This document shows positions 19,037 to 27,462 of a DNA stretch of 64,000 bases, piece after piece (the stretch's first letter is position 1; each line of letters starts with the position of its first letter). The stretch covers positions 1,792,001-1,856,000 of the forward strand of contig OY761614.1 in the NCBI GenBank assembly GCA_963664825.1, read 5' to 3'. The notes beneath the pieces are model-generated. The model saw only the letters and a list, made by a program, of their open reading frames with translations, was not told where the DNA came from and made no database searches. The position numbers and the translations under genes are program-made. This stretch comes from an uncultured Holophaga sp. (GTDB taxonomy: Bacteria; Acidobacteriota; Holophagae; Holophagales; Holophagaceae).

Positions 19037-20179
19037 TCAGGTCGGATCGGACATCCTGGCGAGCAGGTGCTCCGCCACCCGGGCTGCGGCGCCGGGCTCG
19101 CCCAGGTGGACCCGCACTTCGGCCAGGTCCCTGCGGATGCCTACGGCGCGTTCGGGCGCCAGGAGTCGGGACAGTTCCTGTCCTAGGCGCTGGGGATTGA
19201 CCTCGCCCTGGAGCAGCTCCGGCGCGATCTCGTGTCCCGCTACCACATTGGCCAAGCCGAAGTGGGAGACCTTCACGAAGCGTCTCGCCAGGGCCAGGGT
19301 GAGAGGGTTCATGCGGTAGAGCACCGCGAAGGGAGTGCCCAGCAGCGCCGTCTCCAGGGTGGCGGTGCCCGAGCAGACCAGGGCCGCGTCCGCATGGGCT
19401 CTGGGCGCGTAGGTCTGGCCTTCCACCAGGGTGATGGGCGCGTCTCCGAGGAAGGTCTTCAGGAAGGCGGCGCTCAGGGTCGGCGCCACGGGCAGCACCC
19501 ACTGCACGTGGCTCGTGGCGGGATCTGCGCGCCAGGCCCTGGCCAGGGCCACCATGGGCGGGAGGAGTCCCTGGATCTCCTCCCGGCGGCTGCCGGGGAG
19601 CAGGGCCACCAGGGGGCGCGAGGCGTCCAACCCCGTTTGGTGGAAGAACGTCTCGTGATCCGCCTCGGGTTTCACCACTTCCACCAGCGGGTGGCCCATC
19701 CATAGGGCTTCCACGGGCAGCCCCTGGAAGAGGGCGGGTTCGAAATCAAAGAGGCAGTAGAGGGTGTCGAGGGTATGTCCGTAGATGGGGATGCGCCCGG
19801 CCTTCCAGGCCCACACCTGCGGGCAGACGTACTGGTGGAGGCGCGCGCGAGGCACAGCCTTCCTTAAGGACTTGGCCAGACTGAAATTGAAGCTCTTGTA
19901 GTCGATGAGGAGCGCCGCGCCGATATCTTCCTCCACCGCCACCCGCAGGATCTCTCGCTTGAGGGCCAGGAGTTTGGGGATATGCCTGAGCACCTCCACG
20001 AAGCCCACCACGCCCAGGTCCTGCACATCGGCCAGCTTGCGGTCGAGATAGGGCGTCATGCCTCCGCCGCCCACGCCGATGATGCGCAGTTCCGGGCATC
20101 GCGCCTTCAGTTCGCGCAGCAGCTCGGCGCCATGGAGATCGCCGCTGGCCTCGCCTGCCACCACCAGGAGCGGCTTCAT
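19037..20179 (-). CDS. lpxB: Lipid-A-disaccharide synthase
   Basis: VAGEASGDLHG, PQVWAWK, LLPGSR, SGTATLE, ELLQ. Confidence 0.93.
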   Translation of the reverse strand: MKPLLVVAGEASGDLHGAELLRELKARCPELRIIGVGGGGMTPYLDRKLADVQDLGVVGFVEVLRHIPKLLALKREILRVAVEEDIGAALLIDYKSFNFSLAKSLRKAVPRARLHQYVCPQVWAWKAGRIPIYGHTLDTLYCLFDFEPALFQGLPVEALWMGHPLVEVVKPEADHETFFHQTGLDASRPLVALLPGSRREEIQGLLPPMVALARAWRADPATSHVQWVLPVAPTLSAAFLKTFLGDAPITLVEGQTYAPRAHADAALVCSGTATLETALLGTPFAVLYRMNPLTLALARRFVKVSHFGLANVVAGHEIAPELLQGEVNPQRLGQELSRLLAPERAVGIRRDLAEVRVHLGEPGAAARVAEHLLARMSDPT

Positions 20180-20796
20180 GGGGTCACCTCGGGGAAGAAG
20201 ATCATGGGATGGGAGGCCTCGAGCCGGGCCACGCTGCGGGCCGCCTCTTGCGGGTCCGTCGAGGGAAGGGCCAGGTTCCAACGATAACCCAGGCGTCGGA
20301 GTCCCGTGAAATCGTCGTCCTCGGCACCCACGGCGCAGAAGATGCGGTCGGCGATGCACTCCAGGTCCGGACCCACGCTCCCGTCCCAGCAGTAGCCCAC
20401 CGCATCGCAGCGCAGTTCCTTCATCAGGGCCACCAGCGCCGGGGCCGCCCCGGCCCCTGGCCGCAGGGCGATCTTCACCCCCCGACCCTGCAGGGCCTCC
20501 AGGAGGGCTTCCAGGGCACCCAGGAACCGGGCCTGATCCGCTCTGCCACCAGAAGCCCCGGCGGGAATTACCAGGAAATCGGCCCCCAGCTGGGGGCGAA
20601 GGGCCTCGAGGCCCGCGATCACGAGTTCTTCGCCCCAGGGCCGGGGCCGGAGATGGAGGGCATGTACGGCGAGGCCGCCCCGGACGGCGGCCTCCCAGCC
20701 TGGATGGGGATCTCCCTCCCAGTTCAGTTCCACATTCCGGAAGGAAATCCAGGGGGCCGGATCTTGGCGAGAGGACAAAAGGGGCAGGAAACGCAT
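20176..20796 (-). CDS. Hypothetical protein (possible degenerate TIM-barrel isomerase fold)
   Basis: Host-like codon usage; stop overlaps lpxB start. Confidence 0.6.
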   Translation of the reverse strand: MRFLPLLSSRQDPAPWISFRNVELNWEGDPHPGWEAAVRGGLAVHALHLRPRPWGEELVIAGLEALRPQLGADFLVIPAGASGGRADQARFLGALEALLEALQGRGVKIALRPGAGAAPALVALMKELRCDAVGYCWDGSVGPDLECIADRIFCAVGAEDDDFTGLRRLGYRWNLALPSTDPQEAARSVARLEASHPMIFFPEVTP

Positions 20797-20828
20797 CCAA
20801 TGATTATGATGGAGCGCCGGAGGGCCGT

Positions 20829-21191
20829 ATGACCCACGTTTTCACCCTGGACGAGGCCCAGGAACTGATGCCTCGAGTGAAAGCCATGACGAGCTCCGTG
20901 TTCGAGCTGGCCTCCAGCCTGAGCCAGGAACTGAGGGAAATGGAGGACAAGCACGAAGAGGAACGGGCCGAGGAACTGCGGGAGCGGCTCCAGACCCTGG
21001 TGACCACCTGGGCGGCGGCCATCCGAGATCTGGGCCCGGAGGTGAAGGGGCTCTGGCTGGTGGACTTCGATTCCGGCGATGGTTACTGGTGCTGGTCCTA
21101 CCCGGAGGAGGAGCTGGGGCACTGGCATAGCTATGAGGATGGCTTCGGGGCCCGGATCGCCGTGGAACGCCGGCCCGATGCCCGGCGATGA
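20829..21191 (+). CDS. DUF2203-family protein
   Basis: 'FTLDEA..L.P', 'VKGLWLVDF', 'WCW.YPE..L.HWH...GF..R'. Confidence 0.8.
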   Translation: MTHVFTLDEAQELMPRVKAMTSSVFELASSLSQELREMEDKHEEERAEELRERLQTLVTTWAAAIRDLGPEVKGLWLVDFDSGDGYWCWSYPEEELGHWHSYEDGFGARIAVERRPDARR

Positions 21192-21727
21192 AGCTTGATC
21201 GTGCATTTCGAGTAGCCGACCGCCGTCAGGCGGGCGGCGTAGAGCGGCGCGGCACAGGCTTGGGCGAAGCCCAAACTGTGCAGTGCCGCGCCTCGAAATG
21301 CCGTAATGCGCCGCCCGCTGGATATGTTGTGGGCGTTTCAAACGCAATATCCGAGGTAAAGCCCGCTCCTTTTCGCGATTCCGTCCTGACCTTCGTGGCG
21401 CGCATCCCCCCGGGCCGTTTGGCCAGCTATGGCCAGATCGCCCTGATGGCCGGGTACCCCCGGCGCCCCAGGCAGGTGGGCATGGTGCTCAAGGGCCTGC
21501 CGGAGGATACGGCACTTCCCTGGCACCGGGTGGTGAATGCCCGCGGTTACGTGCCCAGCAAGGGGCGTTGGTGGGGCGCCCAGGTGCAGATCGAGCGGCT
21601 CCGTGCGGAAGGCATCGAGGTTGATGAATTCGGCAACCTGGATCTGGAGCGATTCCGCTGGGATGGGATGGCTTCCCCTTACCCACTCACCGGGAGGGAA
21701 GCACAGGCAGACGGGCCCAGGGGTTGA
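21188..21727 (+). CDS. Alkyltransferase-like (ATL/MGMT family) protein; true start may be near 21329
   Basis: IPPGRLASYGQIA, RQVG, PWHRV (Trp in place of catalytic Cys = ATL type). Confidence 0.85.
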   Translation: MKLDRAFRVADRRQAGGVERRGTGLGEAQTVQCRASKCRNAPPAGYVVGVSNAISEVKPAPFRDSVLTFVARIPPGRLASYGQIALMAGYPRRPRQVGMVLKGLPEDTALPWHRVVNARGYVPSKGRWWGAQVQIERLRAEGIEVDEFGNLDLERFRWDGMASPYPLTGREAQADGPRG

Positions 21728-21817
21728 TTCGGCGGAACGCCTTGGAAGCCCCTCGCCATCACGGGAGACTATCCCTGGCCAAGCTGCGTCCTCCTGGCTA
21801 CTTCCAAGAAAGGTCCC

Positions 21818-22855
21818 ATGCGCTTCCGGGAACTCCAGCATTCCTTCCTCGGCCGAGTCCGCAATCCGGCCTACTGGGTCGTGCTCCTGAGCCTGGGGGC
21901 GCTGGCGGTTTCCTTCATCACCATGGTCATTCCGGACCACGGGCTGCGGATTCTACTGCGCCTCCTGGTTTTCGTGGTCCTGTGGCTTCCGGCCACCCTG
22001 CTGAGTCCGGCGCCCTGGCAGTGGACAGGGGATGATCGCTCCCTGGCTCCCTGGGGGCGGGGCCTCCTCCAATCCTGCGGATACATCCTACTGGTGGCTG
22101 TGTGCCACGGCTTGCTGGTGCTGCTCCTGCACGGCCAGGGAAACGTGGCCTTCGTCCTGGGGCTGATCACAGGGCTGGCCGTGGTGGCACTCTTCTTCCT
22201 GGTACCCATGGGCGTCCTGATCGCGCGAGGCGAGAGGCTCTCGCTAGAGGCCCGGGAGGCCCAGGTCCGGGCCAGGCAGGCTCAGTGGATGGGCCATCGG
22301 GGAGCCTTCAGTCCCCGCCTCCTCTTCGGAAACCTGGATCATCTGGCGGGCTTGGCCCATGGGGATCCCCGGGGGACCGAACAGGGACTGGTGGATCTGG
22401 CCGCCCTCTATCGCCAATGGCTGATGGAGGCCGAAAAGCCCGTGATCACCCTCGGCGCCGAGCTGAGGATGGCCGAGCAGTACCTGGCCCTGGAGCGGAA
22501 GCGGTGGAAGGAGTGTCTCCAGATCCGGACCCATTTCGATCTGGAGCAGGAGGCACAAGCCGTGCCCCCTCTCCTCCTCCTCTCCTTCCTGGAGCAGGCC
22601 CTCACGGGTTCCCCCACGGAGTCCGTCGTGGAGATGGAAATCCAGGTGTCGGGAACATCATCCTGGCTGGAGATCCGAATGGAGGCCCGGGGCCCCATTC
22701 CGGCGCCCTCGCTTGAAACGCTTGCGCAGTCCCGTCGGCGGATCCAGGCGGCCCTGAACCGGGAAGGTTCGGCCATCCTGGTCCCCTCGGAAGCGGGCTG
22801 GACCCTCACGTTGAGAATCCCCAAGCGAGCCCTGGAGACCTCCCCATGCTCATGA
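21818..22855 (+). CDS. LytS-like membrane protein with degenerate kinase domain (pseudokinase)
   Basis: 'FSPRLLFGNL' in place of PHxLxN, 'LLSFLEQAL' in place of ENAxKHG; retains YLALE. Confidence 0.7.
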   Translation: MRFRELQHSFLGRVRNPAYWVVLLSLGALAVSFITMVIPDHGLRILLRLLVFVVLWLPATLLSPAPWQWTGDDRSLAPWGRGLLQSCGYILLVAVCHGLLVLLLHGQGNVAFVLGLITGLAVVALFFLVPMGVLIARGERLSLEAREAQVRARQAQWMGHRGAFSPRLLFGNLDHLAGLAHGDPRGTEQGLVDLAALYRQWLMEAEKPVITLGAELRMAEQYLALERKRWKECLQIRTHFDLEQEAQAVPPLLLLSFLEQALTGSPTESVVEMEIQVSGTSSWLEIRMEARGPIPAPSLETLAQSRRRIQAALNREGSAILVPSEAGWTLTLRIPKRALETSPCS

Positions 22856-23931
22856 AGGATGCCCTGGGGGCCATCCCCCGCCGCCTCCGCCAGCCCCTCA
22901 TCCTGGGGTTGACGGTGGGGGTGTTCATCCTGCAGACAGGCCTTCTCCTGGTGACTTGGCTGATGCCCAAAGGACTTCCCAATTCCCCCAACGCTCCGGC
23001 CCCGCTCTTCCCCGCGATGCTGGCTTACGCCATCGGCACGCTCTTTCTCTTTGGGCTCACGCCTCTCCCCTGGCAGTGGACTCGGGATGGCCGCGCGATG
23101 GCCTCCGTGGCCCTGGGGGTGATCCAATCCCTTGCGTTGAGCCTGCTTTATTCAGCCATTTCGATGTCGTTCCATTGGGGCCAGATCCGGCGTGCGACCG
23201 CACCCCTGGTGGCCATGTTTCCGGGCTTCAAGCTCTCCATGTTCCTGGCCGCGACGATCCTGTGGAGCGTCATCTTCCAGACGGTGATCGGGTACGCCCT
23301 GGCCCTCTGGGAGACGCGTCGGCGCGAGAAGGCCGAGGCGCAGCACCAGACGGAGGAGGCCCGCTGGAATCTCCTCAAGGCCCAGATGTCACCCCATGTG
23401 CTGCTCAATAGCCTCAACGGGCTGGCCGAGTTGGTGCGGGAGGACACGGAGGCCGCCGTGAAGGGCATGCGCGACCTGGCGGAGATCTACCGCCAGCTCC
23501 TGAGCTTCGGAGACGCGCCCAGGGTGCCCCTGGAGAAGGAACGCCGCCTGCTGGAGAGCTATCTGGCCGTAGAGCAGCTGCGGCTGGCCGAGCAGCTCCA
23601 AGTCCAGTGGGAATGGGATCCCCGGCTCGATGCCATCGAGACCCTTCCATTGCTGCTCCAGCCCCTGGTGGAGAACGCCCTCAAACACGGCATCGCGGCC
23701 GATCCCAAGGGAGGCCTCCTGCGTATCCAGGGCCGAATCGAAGGGAACTGCCTGCGCCTGACCGTAGCCAATACGGGCCAGGCCGCGTCTCCCCGCTCCT
23801 GTGGAACCGGCGTCGGATTGGCCAACCTGAAATCCCGTCTGGAACTGGCCTATGGCGACCGGGCCCACTTCCAGCTGTACCGGGAGTCGCCCTGGACTCG
23901 GGCGGAGCTTCAGATACCCTGGGAGGCGTGA
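22846..23931 (+). CDS. LytS-family sensor histidine kinase
   Basis: LKAQMSPHVLLNSLN, YLAVEQLR, QPLVENALKHG, GTGVGLANL. Confidence 0.88.
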   Translation: MLMKDALGAIPRRLRQPLILGLTVGVFILQTGLLLVTWLMPKGLPNSPNAPAPLFPAMLAYAIGTLFLFGLTPLPWQWTRDGRAMASVALGVIQSLALSLLYSAISMSFHWGQIRRATAPLVAMFPGFKLSMFLAATILWSVIFQTVIGYALALWETRRREKAEAQHQTEEARWNLLKAQMSPHVLLNSLNGLAELVREDTEAAVKGMRDLAEIYRQLLSFGDAPRVPLEKERRLLESYLAVEQLRLAEQLQVQWEWDPRLDAIETLPLLLQPLVENALKHGIAADPKGGLLRIQGRIEGNCLRLTVANTGQAASPRSCGTGVGLANLKSRLELAYGDRAHFQLYRESPWTRAELQIPWEA

Positions 23932-24680
23932 TGACGCTGCGTACGGTCCTGGCCGATGACGAGCCCCTGGCGAGGCGGCGCTTGGCGCGTCTGCTCCGGG
24001 AGGCGGGCTGCGAAGTGTTGGCCGAATTGCCCGGCAGCGCCGAAGTGCTGGCTTGGTTTGAGTCGGGGCAGGAGGCGGACGCCCTCTTCCTGGATATCCA
24101 GATGCCCGGCCTCTCGGGACTGGAGGTGTTTGCCGAACTGGCTTCGCCGCCCCCGGTGGTTTTCGTGACAGCCCATGTCCAGTACGCCGTTCAGGCCTTT
24201 GAGGCCGCGGCCGTGGACTATCTCCTGAAGCCTGTCACGGAGGATCGCTTGGCCCGGACACTGGACCGCCTCCGCCAGCATCAGATCCCCCGCCGCAAGG
24301 GGCCCGAGATCGCCGCCCTGTTGCCAGGCCACGGTACCCGTTTTCCCGTCAGGGCCGGGGAAGGTTTCATCTTCCTGGACCTGAAGAAGGTCACCCATTT
24401 TGAAGTGGAGGACGAGATCGTTTCGGCCTGGGCCGATGCCCCCTACCGAACTTCCTGGAGCACGCTGGGCGAAGTAGAGGAGGCCTTCCCCGACGAGGAA
24501 CTGCTCCGCATCCATCGCCATCTATTGCTCCGGCCCTCCATGGTCCTGGGTTTCCGCCCCCTCCTGGGAGGTCGGGGCGAAGTGCGGGTGAACGGGGGAA
24601 AGAGCCTCGAGGTGAGTCGCAGTTCCGTGCCCAAGCTCAAGAGCGTCCTGGGACTGGCGGGGAAGGCAGACGACGCCTGA
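23931..24680 (+). CDS. LytTR-family response regulator
   Basis: ADDEPLA, FLDIQMPG, FVTA, DYLLKP, RIHR. Confidence 0.9.
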   Translation: MTLRTVLADDEPLARRRLARLLREAGCEVLAELPGSAEVLAWFESGQEADALFLDIQMPGLSGLEVFAELASPPPVVFVTAHVQYAVQAFEAAAVDYLLKPVTEDRLARTLDRLRQHQIPRRKGPEIAALLPGHGTRFPVRAGEGFIFLDLKKVTHFEVEDEIVSAWADAPYRTSWSTLGEVEEAFPDEELLRIHRHLLLRPSMVLGFRPLLGGRGEVRVNGGKSLEVSRSSVPKLKSVLGLAGKADDA

Positions 24681-24791
24681 TGTCGGGGGCCGAGGGGTAA
24701 TGCGGCTCCTCCCCCAATTTCCCCTGAACCCTTCGACGCGAAGCTTAGAAAATAAGAAGTATTTGCTGGAAAACAAAAGTTCTGCGTCCCT

Positions 24792-26375
24792 TCATACCTG
24801 TCGGGCCACTGGGACTTCCAGGATGGCAAGCACTCCGTGTCCCGGCTTGCTCAGGATCCTGAACCCCCAGTTCTCCCGCTGCGCCGTGCAGGCCAGATGG
24901 AAGAGCCCGAGCCCTAGGCCCACCTTCTGGAACCCCTCGGCCTCCTGGATTCGGAAGCGGGTGAAGGGTTTCCCAAGCTCGTCCAGCTGGAGTGTGTCCA
25001 GGCCTTCACCCTGATCCTTGATCTGGATTTGTAGGCTGCGTCCCCGGTGTCGGGTCCGGAGAACGACGTTGCCCTTGCCATAAGAGAGGGCGTTCTCTAG
25101 TAGTGTGACAACCGCCGCCTTCAGCGTCGGCTCATGGACCCAAGCTGGGCAGGTGTCCAGCCGTAGAGCTAGGATGCGGTTCTCCATCCCAAAGATGGGC
25201 CCCAGGTCATACGCGATACCCTTGAACCAGTCCGGCTGCACCAGAGTGCGTTCTGGGGTATGGGGCGTCCTGCGGAAGCCTTGGAGGGTCTGGTTGATGA
25301 AGGCCGTGAGTTGGTCGACTTCCTTGCTGATCCTGAGCAGTTCCACCTCGGTCTGGACGCGGTTGAACTGTCCCAGGCGGATGCTGTCGCAGCGGAGCTT
25401 GAGCACCCCCAAGGGCGTCTTGAGGCTGTGGGTCATGGAGGCCATTCGGTCCATCTCAAGCCTCTCGCGCCGCCGCAGGCGCTGGTGCAGAACGCCCCCC
25501 ATAGAGACGCCAACCGGAAGCAGCAGGCTGAGGCCATAGGCCATCAGGCGCCAGTGTAAGAGCCTTGTCCGGTACCGGTTCAGCTCGGCCCAGGAAGGCA
25601 TAAAAACGAAGCGCCACTCGCGGAGGTAGGGGATGTTCGTTCCGTTCAGCACTGTGATCTGGGGCTGATTGACTCCCTTTGGGCACTCGGCCTGGAGGTT
25701 GGGGGGCAGACTCCAAGTTGGATTCACAGGGCCGATCTGTTCATCCGGCCTCACCCGTTGGAGTCCTACACGGAAGCGACTGTCCATGTCCAGGTGTTGC
25801 CGGAGGTATCGTTCTACCTCCGGGCTACCTATGCGCCAGCGGACTACCACGTACCAGGGGCCACTCCGGCAGACCACGAGCATCTCACTGTTATAAAATT
25901 GGTTATCCTCCTTGGATGTATTCCAGACTTCTGCCCCGGACCGGATCGCGCGCTTCATCCAACGGACGAGTACCTGGTCATCCGGCCCTTGGCCCGGGGC
26001 ACGGAAGCGGTCATTCTCCCGCACGGCCAGGGTCCTGCCGTCTGCCGAAGTCATAGCCACTACAAGGGGATGGCTCTGGAGGTATCCCACAAGGTCCGGA
26101 TCGTTGATCCCATGGAAGGCGGGTAGCTGGAATTCGTTCCAGGTATTCAGAATGAGATGCAGGTGGGCAGGGGTCCTAGACCGCCACTCACTCCAATAAG
26201 TCCCCGTCTGCTCGTTGATCCAGATCTGGGGGATGACTGCAATGACTGGAATGAAGAGCAGCAAGTTGAGGAAGTGGAACAAGGCATAGGGATGCTTTGC
26301 CAGCAGACCTGGAAGGCGAAGAGTCCGCTTTGGGGTCTGGAAGCGGCTCAGGACACGGGCACGGAGAATGGGCAT
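24792..26375 (-). CDS. Membrane sensor histidine kinase
   Basis: Two TM helices, THSLKTPL H-box, LLENAL, DQGEG, GLGLGL; start approximate. Confidence 0.82.
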   Translation of the reverse strand: MPILRARVLSRFQTPKRTLRLPGLLAKHPYALFHFLNLLLFIPVIAVIPQIWINEQTGTYWSEWRSRTPAHLHLILNTWNEFQLPAFHGINDPDLVGYLQSHPLVVAMTSADGRTLAVRENDRFRAPGQGPDDQVLVRWMKRAIRSGAEVWNTSKEDNQFYNSEMLVVCRSGPWYVVVRWRIGSPEVERYLRQHLDMDSRFRVGLQRVRPDEQIGPVNPTWSLPPNLQAECPKGVNQPQITVLNGTNIPYLREWRFVFMPSWAELNRYRTRLLHWRLMAYGLSLLLPVGVSMGGVLHQRLRRRERLEMDRMASMTHSLKTPLGVLKLRCDSIRLGQFNRVQTEVELLRISKEVDQLTAFINQTLQGFRRTPHTPERTLVQPDWFKGIAYDLGPIFGMENRILALRLDTCPAWVHEPTLKAAVVTLLENALSYGKGNVVLRTRHRGRSLQIQIKDQGEGLDTLQLDELGKPFTRFRIQEAEGFQKVGLGLGLFHLACTAQRENWGFRILSKPGHGVLAILEVPVARQV

Positions 26376-26382
26376 GGGGGCC

Positions 26383-27111
26383 TTAGGAACGAGAGCAGAG
26401 TTGGACAGGATGGGCCCAGCGGTAACCGATCCCCTCAACCGTGGCGAGCATGTCCTTTCGGAAACCAAGAGCTTTTCGGATGCTGTACACATGGACATCC
26501 ACGACCCGATCGCTGCTGGGCCGGAACTCGGCAGTCCACGTCAGGTTGATGAGTTCCTCCCGGCTGTGAACATGACCCGGGCGCAACATCAGCAATTCGA
26601 GAATCCTCAAACCATGGAGGCCGATGTCCAACTTCTTCTGGCCTTTTCGGAAGGTCATCTTCTCCCGGTCCAGCGTGAATGGGCCCGAGGCCAGAATCAC
26701 TTGGTCGGAGCTGATTGCGTCATGGTGTGTCCGGCGGAGGATCGCCTTGATGCGTGAGAGCAGTTCCAGAACCGAGAACGGTTTCGTAAGGTAATCGTCC
26801 GCCCCCAGATCGAAACCTTTAATCTTTGTCTCCTCTTCGCCCCGGGCAGTGAGCAACAGGACTGGTACCTCCAGTTCTGCAGAACGGATTTGCCGCAGGA
26901 CCTGGAAACCGTCTACGTGCGGAAGCATGAGGTCCAGCAGTATCAGATTGAAGGGGGTATTTCGGTGCAGCTCCACAACGGGCTTGCCATCGGTGGCGGT
27001 GGTCACGGCATAGCCCTCCCGTTCCAGGTTCGCCTTGATCATGGCCAGCATTTGTTCCTCGTCCTCCACCACGAGGATGCTGATGGAGGATGGGATGGGA
27101 GGAAGTGGCAT
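26383..27111 (-). CDS. OmpR/PhoB-family response regulator
   Basis: VVEDE, LDLMLP, GADDYLTKPF, VDVHV..IRK, TVEGIGY; start approximate. Confidence 0.9.
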   Translation of the reverse strand: MPLPPIPSSISILVVEDEEQMLAMIKANLEREGYAVTTATDGKPVVELHRNTPFNLILLDLMLPHVDGFQVLRQIRSAELEVPVLLLTARGEEETKIKGFDLGADDYLTKPFSVLELLSRIKAILRRTHHDAISSDQVILASGPFTLDREKMTFRKGQKKLDIGLHGLRILELLMLRPGHVHSREELINLTWTAEFRPSSDRVVDVHVYSIRKALGFRKDMLATVEGIGYRWAHPVQLCSRS

Positions 27112-27334
27112 CGTTGGCGGTTCATGAACCCATTCCGAGGGGGAGAGCTGGGTATTTTCAAACATCACCGAAGGAGCGCTGTCCTTCAACCCCTTTTCTG
27201 TTCCTGTGATCCATGCCATGGCGTCCCTTCCGGGTCTCTGATCCTAGGCGGGCCACACATCAGGGACACGATAAAGGATGTGAAATGCTGTCGAGCTATA
27301 AGTTGGTGCAACGGTGTGGCTTAACCGACGATTA

Positions 27335-27351
27335 CGTTTCATGTCGTTTCA
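27335..27351. promoter_or_regulatory. Direct repeat CGTTTCA x2 at 10-bp spacing, candidate OmpR-type operator
   Basis: CGTTTCAtgtCGTTTCA in the divergent promoter between response regulator and peptidase. Confidence 0.35.
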
Positions 27352-27462
27352 CTGGATCACCTTCTTGCCCGGGAATAGCCTGTTCTGGACCTGATCCGGT
27401 TTCATTTGCAAGCACGGGTATCCGTCCGTTCCACGTCTTCCATGGATCGATAAGGAGTCCAC

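Noticed and set aside
21188..21328. DRR/ERR-containing N-terminal extension of the ATL protein
   Set aside because: Start codon uncertain; probably not translated
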